The notes beneath the pieces were generated by a model, which made no database searches, was not told the DNA's origin, and saw only the letters and a program-made list of their open reading frames with translations. A stretch of 64,000 nucleotides of DNA from Adineta vaga (Eukaryota; Animalia; Rotifera), in the NCBI GenBank assembly GCA_021613535.1, contig CP075492.1:19096001-19160000 (forward strand). The letters run 5' to 3'. Of this stretch, positions 48,357-59,695 are shown one piece after another. Numbering within the stretch: position 1 is the first letter of the stretch; each line of letters opens with the position of its first letter. The translations under genes were made by a program, and so were the position numbers.

Positions 48357-50744
48357 TTAATCAGATCTATCTAATACAATTTCAGCTGCCATTGCTAAAC
48401 GATTTAAATAATTGCTAAGAGTATAATTTCTTATTGTTTGATTAACAATTTGAATTTCCATATGTGCATAGAAAAATGTAACTAAATTAACATATGGTAA
48501 ATCGGAATAATTAACACATATATAAAATATAGATGAACTAAATGCACGACATAAACCTTGTTTAACAACTTCATTTCCTGATTTTCCATAAACAATTGGA
48601 TCTAATGTTGGCGGAGGAATATTATAAGGTTCATGAGTAACATGTGTTGAATATCTTAAAAAAGCATTTTCCATTTCACTATCTAAATGATGAAACCAAT
48701 ATTTATTATATTCAATTTCTGAAGGATTTCCTCTTTCCAAATATGTTCCAAGTTGACACATCCAACAAAAATTTGGTTGATATTGTTCTGATAATTGTGA
48801 TAAATGATCTTCATAACATAATTCTTTTGATTGATAAAACCATTGACGAAATGATGAAAATGTTGATAAAGCAAATGTAACTGGTTGTGTAACCATATAA
48901 TGTCTATCATATATTCCATCACCTAACATTGCATTTACTGAACTAGTCCACATATCACCTTGAAATGTATTTGATGAAGCTAAAATAATTTTACCTTGAC
49001 GAAAAATAACATCTGGTGTAACTGGTGTATGAAAAACACAATCACTATCTATTGTAACAACATAATTTGCAGTAGAATGTCGATCAATATTTAAATAACT
49101 ATATTGATTAAAAACTCGTGCAGTCATACATGGTAAATGTTCAAATGCAATAATATAATGATGAGTTGGTTTTATTGGAAGAAGTTTATTTACTATAGAT
49201 TGATCTCCATGATCAAGTACAATAATAATTGATCCAAGAAAACGTGGCCAAAATAATTCAATACTTTCAAATAAATATTTCATTTCAACAAATCCATGAC
49301 ATCCACTACGAAAATATAAATCAATTGAAGGTGGATTTTGACCCCATGCTACTTCTAATACACGATTTATAAATTCTCCTGTATTTTCACCAAAATTTGT
49401 TTGTCGTGGATAATTCCATTTAACTCTATTTGAATTTATTTTACAACAATGACGTTTGCATATTTTCCATATTGATGCATTTCTATATAAACAATTATTT
49501 GGAAGTTGAAATTTTGTTGTATTTTTAATAAGAATTCCAGGTGAAATATTATGTTTACGTTTAAATAATGTTGTTACTGGCAAATATGATTTATAAATTT
49601 GTTTACCTTTGATTTTATCTTCAAGAGTAATTGTTGGAAATTTTTTATTTATAAAATCATAATTCATAGGTAGATTTATTTCATTTCCATTAAGAAGTTC
49701 ATTCAATGGAGTATTTAAATCTTTATATTGAAAATCAGCAATAAATAATGCCGAAATAATTAAAATGAAAATGAAAATCATTTTTGAAAAATATTTTGTT
49801 GATTGACAACATAACCATTCAATAAATATAACAAATAATCCACTTATTGAACAACCTATATTAAGTGTAAATTCTATGAATATTTCACTAAGAATTATCA
49901 TTAAAATTTTATTCATATTATTAATAAACATACTATATATTGATGATAATTGTTTATCAAGCATAATTGATGATATATTTAATAAAAATGGTAATATACA
50001 AGTGAATATAATAATAATAATTGATGTCAATTCAAAAGTAGATATACAATCAAAATCGGATGATGATATTTTTAAATTACTCATAATATATGTAAGAAGA
50101 ATAAGTATAGGTAAAGAAATTAAATTATTATAATAAAATATTCCAATTGATCCAATATCTTTTATAATTTGTAAATCATTTAATTTTTTTATATAAATAT
50201 TATATATACATGTACTTATTACATTAATATATAACCATATATAACCTTGCCAATTAAATGTTAAATCATATTTCGTATAAAATATTATGCCTAAAACCAT
50301 ACTAATTAATGTAATTATTGATAAATTTTTCATTTTATTATTATTTAACATAATATATTCTAATATAATTATAAATAAACTTGATAAATTACACATTACA
50401 ATAATAGTTGATATACTAACATATAATAATGACGATAAATTTGATATATGAATTATTAAAAATAAGAAAACTATAGGTATACATTGTTTAATAATATTGA
50501 AATTTAGTAATGATATTTTTCGAAATATATGTGGAAATAAACAAAAAATTAATAATAAAAGAATAAGAGTTACCATATTTTGCATAATTAAAAGTATAGT
50601 AACATATGGAAATGATTTAATTGCAAGTTTATTTAATATCATTAATGATATTTTAGATATACAATAGATTATTAATGTAACTATTGTTTTAATTTTGTAA
50701 TTATTAATTATAATATTTTTCTCGAGTTCTTTCTCAAATAACAT
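48357..50744 (-). CDS. Intronless fusion of a nucleotide-sugar transporter (SLC35D/GONST-like) and a GT-A-like glycosyltransferase domain
   Basis: SLMILNKLAI..FPY..QN, DLTFNWQGYIW, YYNNLISLP, NNMNKI over about 10 TMs; then SIELFWPRF..QYSYLNID..VVTIDSDCVF (DxD). Confidence 0.85.
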   Translation of the reverse strand: MLFEKELEKNIIINNYKIKTIVTLIIYCISKISLMILNKLAIKSFPYVTILLIMQNMVTLILLLLIFCLFPHIFRKISLLNFNIIKQCIPIVFLFLIIHISNLSSLLYVSISTIIVMCNLSSLFIIILEYIMLNNNKMKNLSIITLISMVLGIIFYTKYDLTFNWQGYIWLYINVISTCIYNIYIKKLNDLQIIKDIGSIGIFYYNNLISLPILILLTYIMSNLKISSSDFDCISTFELTSIIIIIFTCILPFLLNISSIMLDKQLSSIYSMFINNMNKILMIILSEIFIEFTLNIGCSISGLFVIFIEWLCCQSTKYFSKMIFIFILIISALFIADFQYKDLNTPLNELLNGNEINLPMNYDFINKKFPTITLEDKIKGKQIYKSYLPVTTLFKRKHNISPGILIKNTTKFQLPNNCLYRNASIWKICKRHCCKINSNRVKWNYPRQTNFGENTGEFINRVLEVAWGQNPPSIDLYFRSGCHGFVEMKYLFESIELFWPRFLGSIIIVLDHGDQSIVNKLLPIKPTHHYIIAFEHLPCMTARVFNQYSYLNIDRHSTANYVVTIDSDCVFHTPVTPDVIFRQGKIILASSNTFQGDMWTSSVNAMLGDGIYDRHYMVTQPVTFALSTFSSFRQWFYQSKELCYEDHLSQLSEQYQPNFCWMCQLGTYLERGNPSEIEYNKYWFHHLDSEMENAFLRYSTHVTHEPYNIPPPTLDPIVYGKSGNEVVKQGLCRAFSSSIFYICVNYSDLPYVNLVTFFYAHMEIQIVNQTIRNYTLSNYLNRLAMAAEIVLDRSD

Positions 50745-50964
50745 GATTTATTATACTGAAATTTATTAAAAGAAATTCTAGAATAATTAATTTATAAAAT
50801 AAAAATCAGAAATACATAATATAGATGAAAAAAGAAGAATCAATCACAAAATAAGGTTACTGTTTATATCAGAACTTGTCATTTTTATATATTCAGTCAA
50901 TATTACTAATGAAAGAAATATTACTATATTTTCACGATAGATTTTAACAGAATGCCGTAATCTA

Positions 50965-51240
50965 TCTCAAGGAGAAGAGGAAGATCATAGTTTTCGAATT
51001 TTGACCTAAAACTTTTTGTAGAGATTGATCTTTGTAAGAATAGTTTATTATGAAATTTTCAGATATTCTCATTCTTCATATCCTACGATAGAACTATAGT
51101 AAAAATCCTGATTTTAAATCACTCAAATACAAGAATAGATTCGATGTTCTTATTTCAAGATAAGAAGAATAAAGAGATCGAATTCTATACAAAATTTAAG
51201 GACAAAATTCAAAAATCAATTTCTCACATGTCCGCAAGAG
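50965..51240. mobile_element. Degenerate MITE
   Basis: tttcgaattttgacctaaaactttttgtagag..gatc mirrored by gatcgaattctatacaaaatttaaggacaaaattcaaaaa. Confidence 0.5.
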
Positions 51241-53163
51241 CGTAGTAGTGTAGAAATCATTAACTCATTAAAAGTTTCAAAATTATAAAAATTCATAATT
51301 TGAGTACTCTTCTCATCTTTCTTCTCCTATCACTCAATGAATAGTTTAAAACTCGAGTAGAATCTTCGAATTTGACATGTATGACAAAATCATTTCAGAT
51401 AATCAAAATCCTATTCACAAAAAAAAGCTTTTATCAATGATATTGCTAACTTTCTGAATACCGGGTAATTTTTACATTCTGTATGAACATGGAATACATT
51501 TGAAAAATCACTCACTCTTGCGTTCAATCATAGTTAATCAGTTGTATACACGTGATATAGTCTATCGAAATGAAAGAACAAAAAAAGAATTCTTTCGTTC
51601 TGCTTGTCTTCAGCCTGAAGACAGTGGTATCTAACAGGTGTAAGCAATCAGTGAAAATAAAAGAAAAATAATATTTAGAAAAATAGATTTCAGTAATGAT
51701 ATTGGTTAAGAATAATTGAAAATCTTATCGATTGTGAATAATTGGGAATTTCAATTCATTATGGAATATGAATAGAAACAATCATAGGACAGATATTTTA
51801 TGATGAATCAGGGAAATGGATTAGGAAAGAATTGGAAGGATACAATTCGATGATTTCTATGCGAGAATACTGGTTCGTTTTCAAGTAATATTCCTGGTGA
51901 GTTCTGTGGATTAATCATAGAAAATCCCAAAAAGGATAATTATTCTTAGGTTTTAGTCTCTATCATAGTAACCATCGAGAAATTGAATTAACATTATTTT
52001 GACCTAAACTTCGGCCTACAAATAAATCTATTTTTTTTCAAGGATACCACCAAAATTTTAGTTCGTTAGAACGTTTTCTTTTGGAGATATTAAAGTTTCA
52101 GAAAACGGAAAATTCTAGCATTCATCGTAGGATATGAATCATTTTTTGAACTTTACCAACTATGGAAGAAAATATTCTATTGATCTGAAATTTACAGAGA
52201 ATCTACTCATAAAGAGATTTATTTCTAGACAAAAGTTCACATCGAAATACTGTCAGTCGATTTCTCGACATTTACTATGCAAGAGGTTAAAACCTAAAAT
52301 CAATTACTCTTTTTGGAATGTTTCATAACTCACTGGGATCTACCATATGCATAGAATTCAAATTGAAAAGACATTAGACATTAAAAACATTTTCTCGTTA
52401 GTACAGGAAAAATGTTTTCTTTATTTTGCTTTGGAAAAAAGAAGTAAGTACAAAACTTTAATAAATTAAAACAAAATGAAATAGAATATATATATATATA
52501 TAGCTTACGTAATTTTTCAATTAATTTATTAAGAAATAATTCTGAAAATATTTTAATTCATAGTAACATTTGCAATGTATATTGTTGAAGTGAAAAATGA
52601 ATAAGAAATTTAAAACATTATAATTGCTGTTACTTTACTCGGTAAAAGTAAAATATACATACTTTATATTTACCGAATAAAGTAAACTTCTTAAAGTCAA
52701 TACAAATTATCATCGTATAACTGAACAACATACCTATTCATTAGTGTTATAGGGGCAATTTTATCGATTCCTGTTTCTGTTGAACGAAAGAAAAAAATCA
52801 TTACTCGCGTTCTCACAGTTCCTTATCGGAAGAAAAAAAATTCTTCTTCTAACTATAAGTAAATGTATCAATTAATGCATAGAATGAGTTTCATATCATT
52901 TTTTCCCGTAGAAACTAAAAAATATTCAATTTTTCTTATTTCGAATAAGTTCACAAATACAAAAAAAAATTTATATGAAGAATTAAAAATTTGTTCTTTT
53001 GTCTCATCGATTTATGCTTCAAATTGTAAGATTTCCGAAAATTCATTTTTCTGTTTTTTTTTCTATTAGATTTTAGTATATGTGTTATAAACGTTTTCTT
53101 TATTAAATTTATTGAATAGATACTCATATTTCAATTAGACTGATTAATATTATTATCAAAATA

Positions 53164-54939
53164 ATGATTGAATATAAATACATTTCTCGTATATTATATA
53201 TGTATATTCTATTAGTTGTAATGGTAGGAATCTATGTAATAATTATATTCGTTGTCAATTGGCATCATAAAATTGATCATTTACCATTTTTCTATGTTAA
53301 TCATGAAACATCAATAAAACGAATGCCTATTCGTTCTGCAAATTTAATATATTATCGAGATTCTCGTTATTATAATGAATGTCGATTATTATATCCAAGT
53401 AAAACAAATGAATGTGATATGAATCCACTTTTATATTATTTTAGTAAATATGATTATATCGAGAAAACTAATGATTATATAATAGATGATAATACAAATC
53501 AATATCTCAAACCATTATCATATTCAGAAGAAAATTTTCGACATGCTTCATATCCAATATTATGGTTGGATGTTTTTGGTGATGTTCATTGGAATGAACC
53601 AGCTGAACGTCAAATGTATGAATTTCTTATTGATAAACAATTTCCAAAATCTCCTAATATTTACGATGATAAATATAAAATAGAAGATTATATTAATGAT
53701 TGTGAATCTCGTCATCTTATTTTATTGGAACAATGGACAAGTGGTGGATTTTTCAGTCGTGTTAATTGTTTTATTGAACAATTTGGACAAACATTATATA
53801 GTCCATTTATGGCAATATTACTTCCAAGAAAATTTAATATGGGATCAGCTGGAAAAGAAGATTTTTTAAATGAAGGTATTCTTGGATATTATGCTCCAAT
53901 GTCTCTATGTTCAACATATATGTCATTTGAAAGAATGAAAAATATTAGTGAAAATGTACGAATATCAACAGAAAATCATGAAAATTTTGTTAAAATCGAA
54001 ACATTTGAACAACTTCGAAAAATAAATTCATCGCAAAAATATTTATGGTTAGAAGATCAATGGAAATTTGGATATGAACATATACCACATCGTAAATGGA
54101 TATTTGATCGAATGTCATATAAATCAAAAATGTTTGTTTATTATAATTCATCTATTGATATTCTTATGAATCATACATTTGAACATATTTATTATGATCC
54201 AAATATAAAATTTGATCTTAAGAAATGGCAACCACGAAATTTACCTCCTGGTAATTCTACAATTCATCTTAATTATAATTATACAATAACATGGAAAGAT
54301 AAAGTATTTACTTCATTTTTAAGATATATGTTTACACTTTTCTTTCATCAATTTGCTCCAAGAATTGAAGCATCAAAAAATCTTTTAACAAAATATTGGT
54401 CAAGTTACTTAGCTGATAAAAAACATCAATCATATGAATATGCTTTATCTTCTATGGCTGTTGTTTATGCACGTCGTGGAGATCATGCACTTGACGATCC
54501 ATTTTATAGAAAATTTGGAAAATGGAGAGGTATATCATTATTTATCAAAAATATTTATAATGAAGAAAAAAACTTAAATAAGACTTTTTCATCAATATTT
54601 TTTCTAAGTGATGATCCAAATTTTGTTAATTCAGCTATTGAATTTTCATCGAAATATTCATTAAGTTTAAATGAAAGATTTGCACGAAAATATCTTTTTG
54701 GTCGTGATGTTATTTATAATATTTATGCACCAGACACTTGTCGAAAGCCACTTAGTCGATTTGATTTTGATCAATATTTAGTTAATGTTCATTTAATAAT
54801 TCGTCATTCAACACTCATTGTCACGCAAATATTATCAAATCTTGGCACTTATTTAGAAGCATTTCTTTATGCTGAAAAACAATTATTACCAAATCATCAA
54901 ACTAATACACGAATTAAATATGTAAAAGATAATTTTTAA
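53164..54939 (+). CDS. Intronless type II membrane glycosyltransferase, alpha-1,6-fucosyltransferase (GT23/FUT8/NodZ)-like
   Basis: N-terminal TM; SGGFFSRVNC; AVVYARRGDH (compare GVHVRRTDK); IFFLSDDP (compare YLATDDP); SNLG. Confidence 0.7.
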   Translation: MIEYKYISRILYMYILLVVMVGIYVIIIFVVNWHHKIDHLPFFYVNHETSIKRMPIRSANLIYYRDSRYYNECRLLYPSKTNECDMNPLLYYFSKYDYIEKTNDYIIDDNTNQYLKPLSYSEENFRHASYPILWLDVFGDVHWNEPAERQMYEFLIDKQFPKSPNIYDDKYKIEDYINDCESRHLILLEQWTSGGFFSRVNCFIEQFGQTLYSPFMAILLPRKFNMGSAGKEDFLNEGILGYYAPMSLCSTYMSFERMKNISENVRISTENHENFVKIETFEQLRKINSSQKYLWLEDQWKFGYEHIPHRKWIFDRMSYKSKMFVYYNSSIDILMNHTFEHIYYDPNIKFDLKKWQPRNLPPGNSTIHLNYNYTITWKDKVFTSFLRYMFTLFFHQFAPRIEASKNLLTKYWSSYLADKKHQSYEYALSSMAVVYARRGDHALDDPFYRKFGKWRGISLFIKNIYNEEKNLNKTFSSIFFLSDDPNFVNSAIEFSSKYSLSLNERFARKYLFGRDVIYNIYAPDTCRKPLSRFDFDQYLVNVHLIIRHSTLIVTQILSNLGTYLEAFLYAEKQLLPNHQTNTRIKYVKDNF

Positions 54940-55339
54940 ATAGTTAAAAAGTAGACACATGTATATCTTAAAATTAGAGTTGTCTTATTCATATAAAGGT
55001 TCTTGTTCTATCAATTTTCTCAACTGTATGAAAGGTCATATGAATAAAAAAAAACGATTTCGTGTCCGAGTCAAATTTCAAATGTTAAATTTATTATTCA
55101 TAATTCTAGTTGTAGTGAGTGTTGAGGATGAAAATCACTCGACTATAACTGACGGCGAACAGTGGGTATAGAAGCTAAAATTGACCAGTTAGATTGAAAG
55201 ATTCCAAAAATTATAATTTACTATATTTTTTTATATATATTTAGTCGTATATTATGGTTTGAGTAGTTTACTTTAAGTTTTACTATCAATATATGAGTAT
55301 GTATTTCTATCGTTTCTCATCAGTAAATAAAAACCTGTA

Positions 55340-55404
55340 TGAGGGTGTGGGCGTGGGCAAAGAAGAGAGACACCCAGCTATACCCACACCCACACCCACC
55401 CTCA
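55340..55404. repeat. Telomere-repeat hairpin
   Basis: TGAGGGTGTGGGCGTGGG-spacer-ACCCACACCCACACCCACCCTCA-aga. Confidence 0.85.
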
Positions 55405-55526
55405 AGAATGGTCCGGCCCGTTAATGCATCGATGGGAGTGAAGTTTATTTGAATAATATCAATAAGTTGAACAAAATAGTATGAACGACCAATTTAACAA
55501 ATGAAAATTCTGTTTCTTTTTTAGAG

Positions 55527-55570
55527 AAGGGTGTGGATGTGGATAAGAGAAGAAAAAACATCTACACCCC
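55527..55570. repeat. Degenerate telomere-repeat hairpin
   Basis: AAGGGTGTGGATGTGGAT..CATCTACACCCCA. Confidence 0.6.
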
Positions 55571-56013
55571 ATGCGAATGTACTCAGTTCAGAGCACCACA
55601 ACAAATACCTTGCTGTCAAAATTGCAGTATGTTCATGACCGAAGTCAACCTTTGACTTTTTTCATTTCTGTTTTTTTTCCTAAACAATTCAAGATATTTT
55701 TTGATATAATTTCATTTAAACTTTCCAAAGCTAAAAATTCAATGTGATGTAATTGCGTAACCAAGAAGAGAATTACACAAGATCACGACACATCGATTCA
55801 AAAACTCAATGGTTGTCACGTTGGATTTTTCCTTGCAAACAAAATCGTCATCTCATATTTCCACAGAACGTAGATAAACTTTTTTTTTGAATAAAACGTG
55901 ACGTAGAACAAGAAAAAAAAAGAAAAATTTTGTATGCCTGTTTTTTGCGTTCTTCGAAAACCTATCTTATCAACGTCTCCACACGTTGCATTTGCGAGTT
56001 GTTATTCGACAAG

Positions 56014-57428
56014 ATGGCTGAAAAATCAGAACCGCTGATTAAGCGTACTAACGAAGTTGGACGTGGAGGTTTTGGGATAGTCTATCGAGGACTATATAAT
56101 GGATCTCAAGTAGTAGCCATTAAAGATATTGCAGCAAAACTATCTGCCGATGCTCTAGTCGAAGCTAATCTCCTGAAAATACTACATCATCCATATATTG
56201 TTCGTTTTATTGACGTTATTACTACGATAACTAACACATCATTAATCACGGAATATGTCGATGGCGGTTCTCTCGCTGATTACATTCAGAAGACAATAAG
56301 ACAGACGGTTGCCTATTGGAAAGCCGCTCGACAAATAATGCTCGATGTCGCCTATGGAATGAGTTATTTACATGAAAAACGGGTAGTTCATGCCGATCTG
56401 AAGAGTTTCAACATCTTGTTGCGACGTGATAAGCGTGCAGTTATTTGCGATTTTGGTTTAGCTAAGACAAGAATCGACTCTAAAGCACAAACAACAGGTG
56501 GTGTCGCAGGTAAGATCATACGAACTCTCAAATAGTACATTTGTTCTCGAAAGTTGATGTTAAATAAAAAAAAGTATCAAAATCATTTACTCGCAGCTGT
56601 TCATATTTATTTGTCTTCGTTTTTCTAGGCACTGTAAGATGGTTTGCTCCAGAACTTTGTCTCGATCGTCCTGAAAGACATTCTTTTCCGTCGGATGTCT
56701 GGGCATTTGGATGTGTTTTACTCGAACTGATCACAAAGAAAGTACCTTGGGCAGATCAGTATCAAATGGAAATAGTCCTACTGGTCGCTTTAAGCAAGCC
56801 CAACAATGCTCATATTTTCCAAAACATTTGTCAAACTCAACGAGCTCCCGAAAAACTTCGTACTGCTCTTTGCCGATGTTGTGCGTGGTCTAAAGCTGAT
56901 CGACCCTCTTTTCCAACCATAGTTAGCGAGCTAGCTTCGATCTCCGAAGAAGATCTTCGACAAGTCAATGAAGGAGGAGGAGGAGAAGAGGAAAAACCAA
57001 AGCAACCAAAGTCATCAAACGTTCAACAATCCACTAGTGTTGGAAAGCGATCGACAAAAGGTACCAGTTCAATTAGCATTGCGAATGATAATTCTACAAG
57101 TGAAGACGGAGACCATCATGAAATCGAGCGTAAATCAAGCACAAACTCGACACAACACAAAAAATATCCATCCCAAACGGGACAAGCATCGGCATATGAT
57201 GAACCGCCGAAGAATGTTCGGGGACGTCGTCCAAAGGTTTCGTCATCAAGTGCAAGATCGAAAAACAATTCCGATGATGCTCAGCATGTGCGTAATTTTT
57301 TCGAGCAAAGCACGATGGATTGTTTTCTAGGAGGGAAATCTGATCCACTAGAAATTGCCTTCGGATTACATCGAAAAGGTTCATCTTCCATGGATCCATT
57401 CGCAGAGGATCATGACTCCGACGACTAG
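56014..57428 (+). CDS. TKL-like non-RD protein kinase with a disordered C-terminal tail; intron 56510-56628
   Basis: GRGGFGIVY, VAIK, HADLKSFNILL, DFG, GTVRWFAPE, SDVWAFG. Confidence 0.92.
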
Positions 57429-57569
57429 TCACCTCTTATGTAATCTCTGGTCGATTTTATTAGCTAGCTTTTAGTGATGAGCAGCACTACATGAAAGCCA
57501 ATAATCAATGATCGTCTTCGTCTTATTATTACTAGATTACGAGTGTATGCTTTAAAATAAAGATCGTTT

Positions 57570-58284
57570 TGTTTGTAAATGATGTTTCCAATGTTCCGCC
57601 ACGAAGAAAACTTCCTTCACCAACGTTATATTCTATCATTGGCACACAACATGTATTACGTTCCTTCGATTCTGTATCATCTATATTTTGAATCGTATTT
57701 TCACCATTTGGTAGTGGATAACCAAGTGCACGTCCAATATCGATCGTATTGATAGATAAAGAGGTAGTCGTAAAAATTTGTTTTACAAGTGAATATTGTT
57801 CGTGTTTCTAAACAAATCAAGTATAAGAATAAATCTTTGGTAAAACAAATTATGTCGTGCTTACTTTATTCGCAAAGATCCAAGCACCTTCGTAAAGTTC
57901 TGTCAATGGTGGTTTTAATTTCCATAATTCCATAATTCAAATCCTTCTTTTTCTACTTGAAACTCATCAAACATTGGCTTTAGTGCTTTCTCAACAAGAC
58001 TTGTTACATATTCAGGCATTTCATAATGTCCTAATAGAGTAGAATAATGTAGCAACAATTTCACCATCTAAAATAATGATTTGTATATGAGAGTTTATAA
58101 TTTCAATAATGATAAAGAAATACTTACATTCAAGTAAATGAGATGGATTATAATTTTCTAATCGACCATTATAACTGAGAAGTTTCTTCTCGTCATCTGA
58201 TAATGATTCGAAATAATCCCATTCTAACGATTTAAATTTACGGAAAATTTTCATCTTAAAATCGACTGTATCATCGTTGGTCAT
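57570..58284 (-). pseudogene. Three-exon gene of unknown function with frameshifts
   Basis: GT-AG introns; coding-like LGHYEMPEYVTSLVEKALKPMFDEF..DIGRALGYP interrupted by a frameshift and an 8-bp tandem duplication (aattatgg x2). Confidence 0.6.
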
Positions 58285-58576
58285 CTGACTTGTTTTTTTG
58301 TTTTGACTATCTTTATATCGTATGAATTAATTAATGATCAACTATAGTTCGCGCTTGATTTATACTTGTCTTAGAAGATGGCGTTCTCATATGTTATATA
58401 CATAGAATATAAGAACTAATAAAGTTTTCTAAAATTTGAAATTTAAAGAAATTTTCTTAAATTTTGAAAAAATCGATAAGAAAAATCTTTAAAAGATAAT
58501 TGATTGTGGAAAGATAATCTGATGAGGTTTTGTAGAATATCAACTGAAAATCACATCGATATTCTTGAATTAACAA

Positions 58577-59110
58577 TTGAAAAACTACAAAGATACCAAA
58601 AACGAAAGCGAACAAATTTTTTCTACTACCGGTGATGTTAATGAAGATGGAAAAGTTGATTTTATCTTTGCTAATAATCGTATGGGAACTGTGGATATCT
58701 TTCTCAATATTGATACTAGAAAATTTGGAAATCAGACTACTTATTTGGTTGGTCGTTATGCTAAATCATATACAATTGTAGCAGCACATTGTAAACAATG
58801 ATATAAGAAATTGGCATTGTCGTTAGTTGTTCTTCTTAATTTATGCACGGATACCTTCTCTTTCCGACTAACTTGTCCATTATCAGTTAGAAATCTTATC
58901 CATATTCGCTTGCATTAGTTGATTTAAATAACGATGCAAAACAGATCTTGTTTGAGGAAATGGTGGTACAAAAAATTTCGGTATTTTCTTGAATTTAGGT
59001 AATGGAAAATCAGATACAAATTCTATTGCTATTGCTTGATTTGAATGATAACAAAGAATGTGACGTTGCTATGGCATATCACAATCTGAATAATATTGAA
59101 TTTTATCTCT
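58577..59110 (+). pseudogene. Degraded FG-GAP/VCBS repeat fragment
   Basis: GDVNEDGKVDFIFAN..FGNQTTY; further broken DLNND units. Confidence 0.7.
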
Positions 59111-59695
59111 CTATACACCTTAATGGAATATTAGATTCATAGATACAAAGATTTTCAATTTTTTTTTATCTAATCAATTATTTCTAATCTTTAACAATGT
59201 GTATTTAAATATTAAAGTATTTAGCATCCACAATTTTTCCCATTCCATTCTATTATATCAAATAGAAAACAAAAAAATATATATCGACATAATTATTCAG
59301 TAACTAATATATTCAATTGTTATCATAATGTTAAGTCAGAATTAAAAGATACAAAAACGAAATAGAAAGTAATTGATATATTTGAATATAGACTATTTCA
59401 AAATAATTACTTCTCATATATAAATCGTATTGTCATAATATAACGATGTCAACAATGTTGTTGTGCAAATTTCTAATACCATGATGACAAAGTGTTTTTT
59501 TTTTCAAAGTATATACATTTAACTTATTAAATACACATTTTTCTATATTTTTATTATTTAAATGGAAAAGAAAGAAAAAAAGGAAAAAAAAAGAAAGAGA
59601 GAGAGAGAAATGTAATAGTATTTATAGCTGTTAACTCGTTTATTTGATTACATTTCCAGTTAAATTCATTGTTGTAACTAAAAGTTTTGTTAGTT

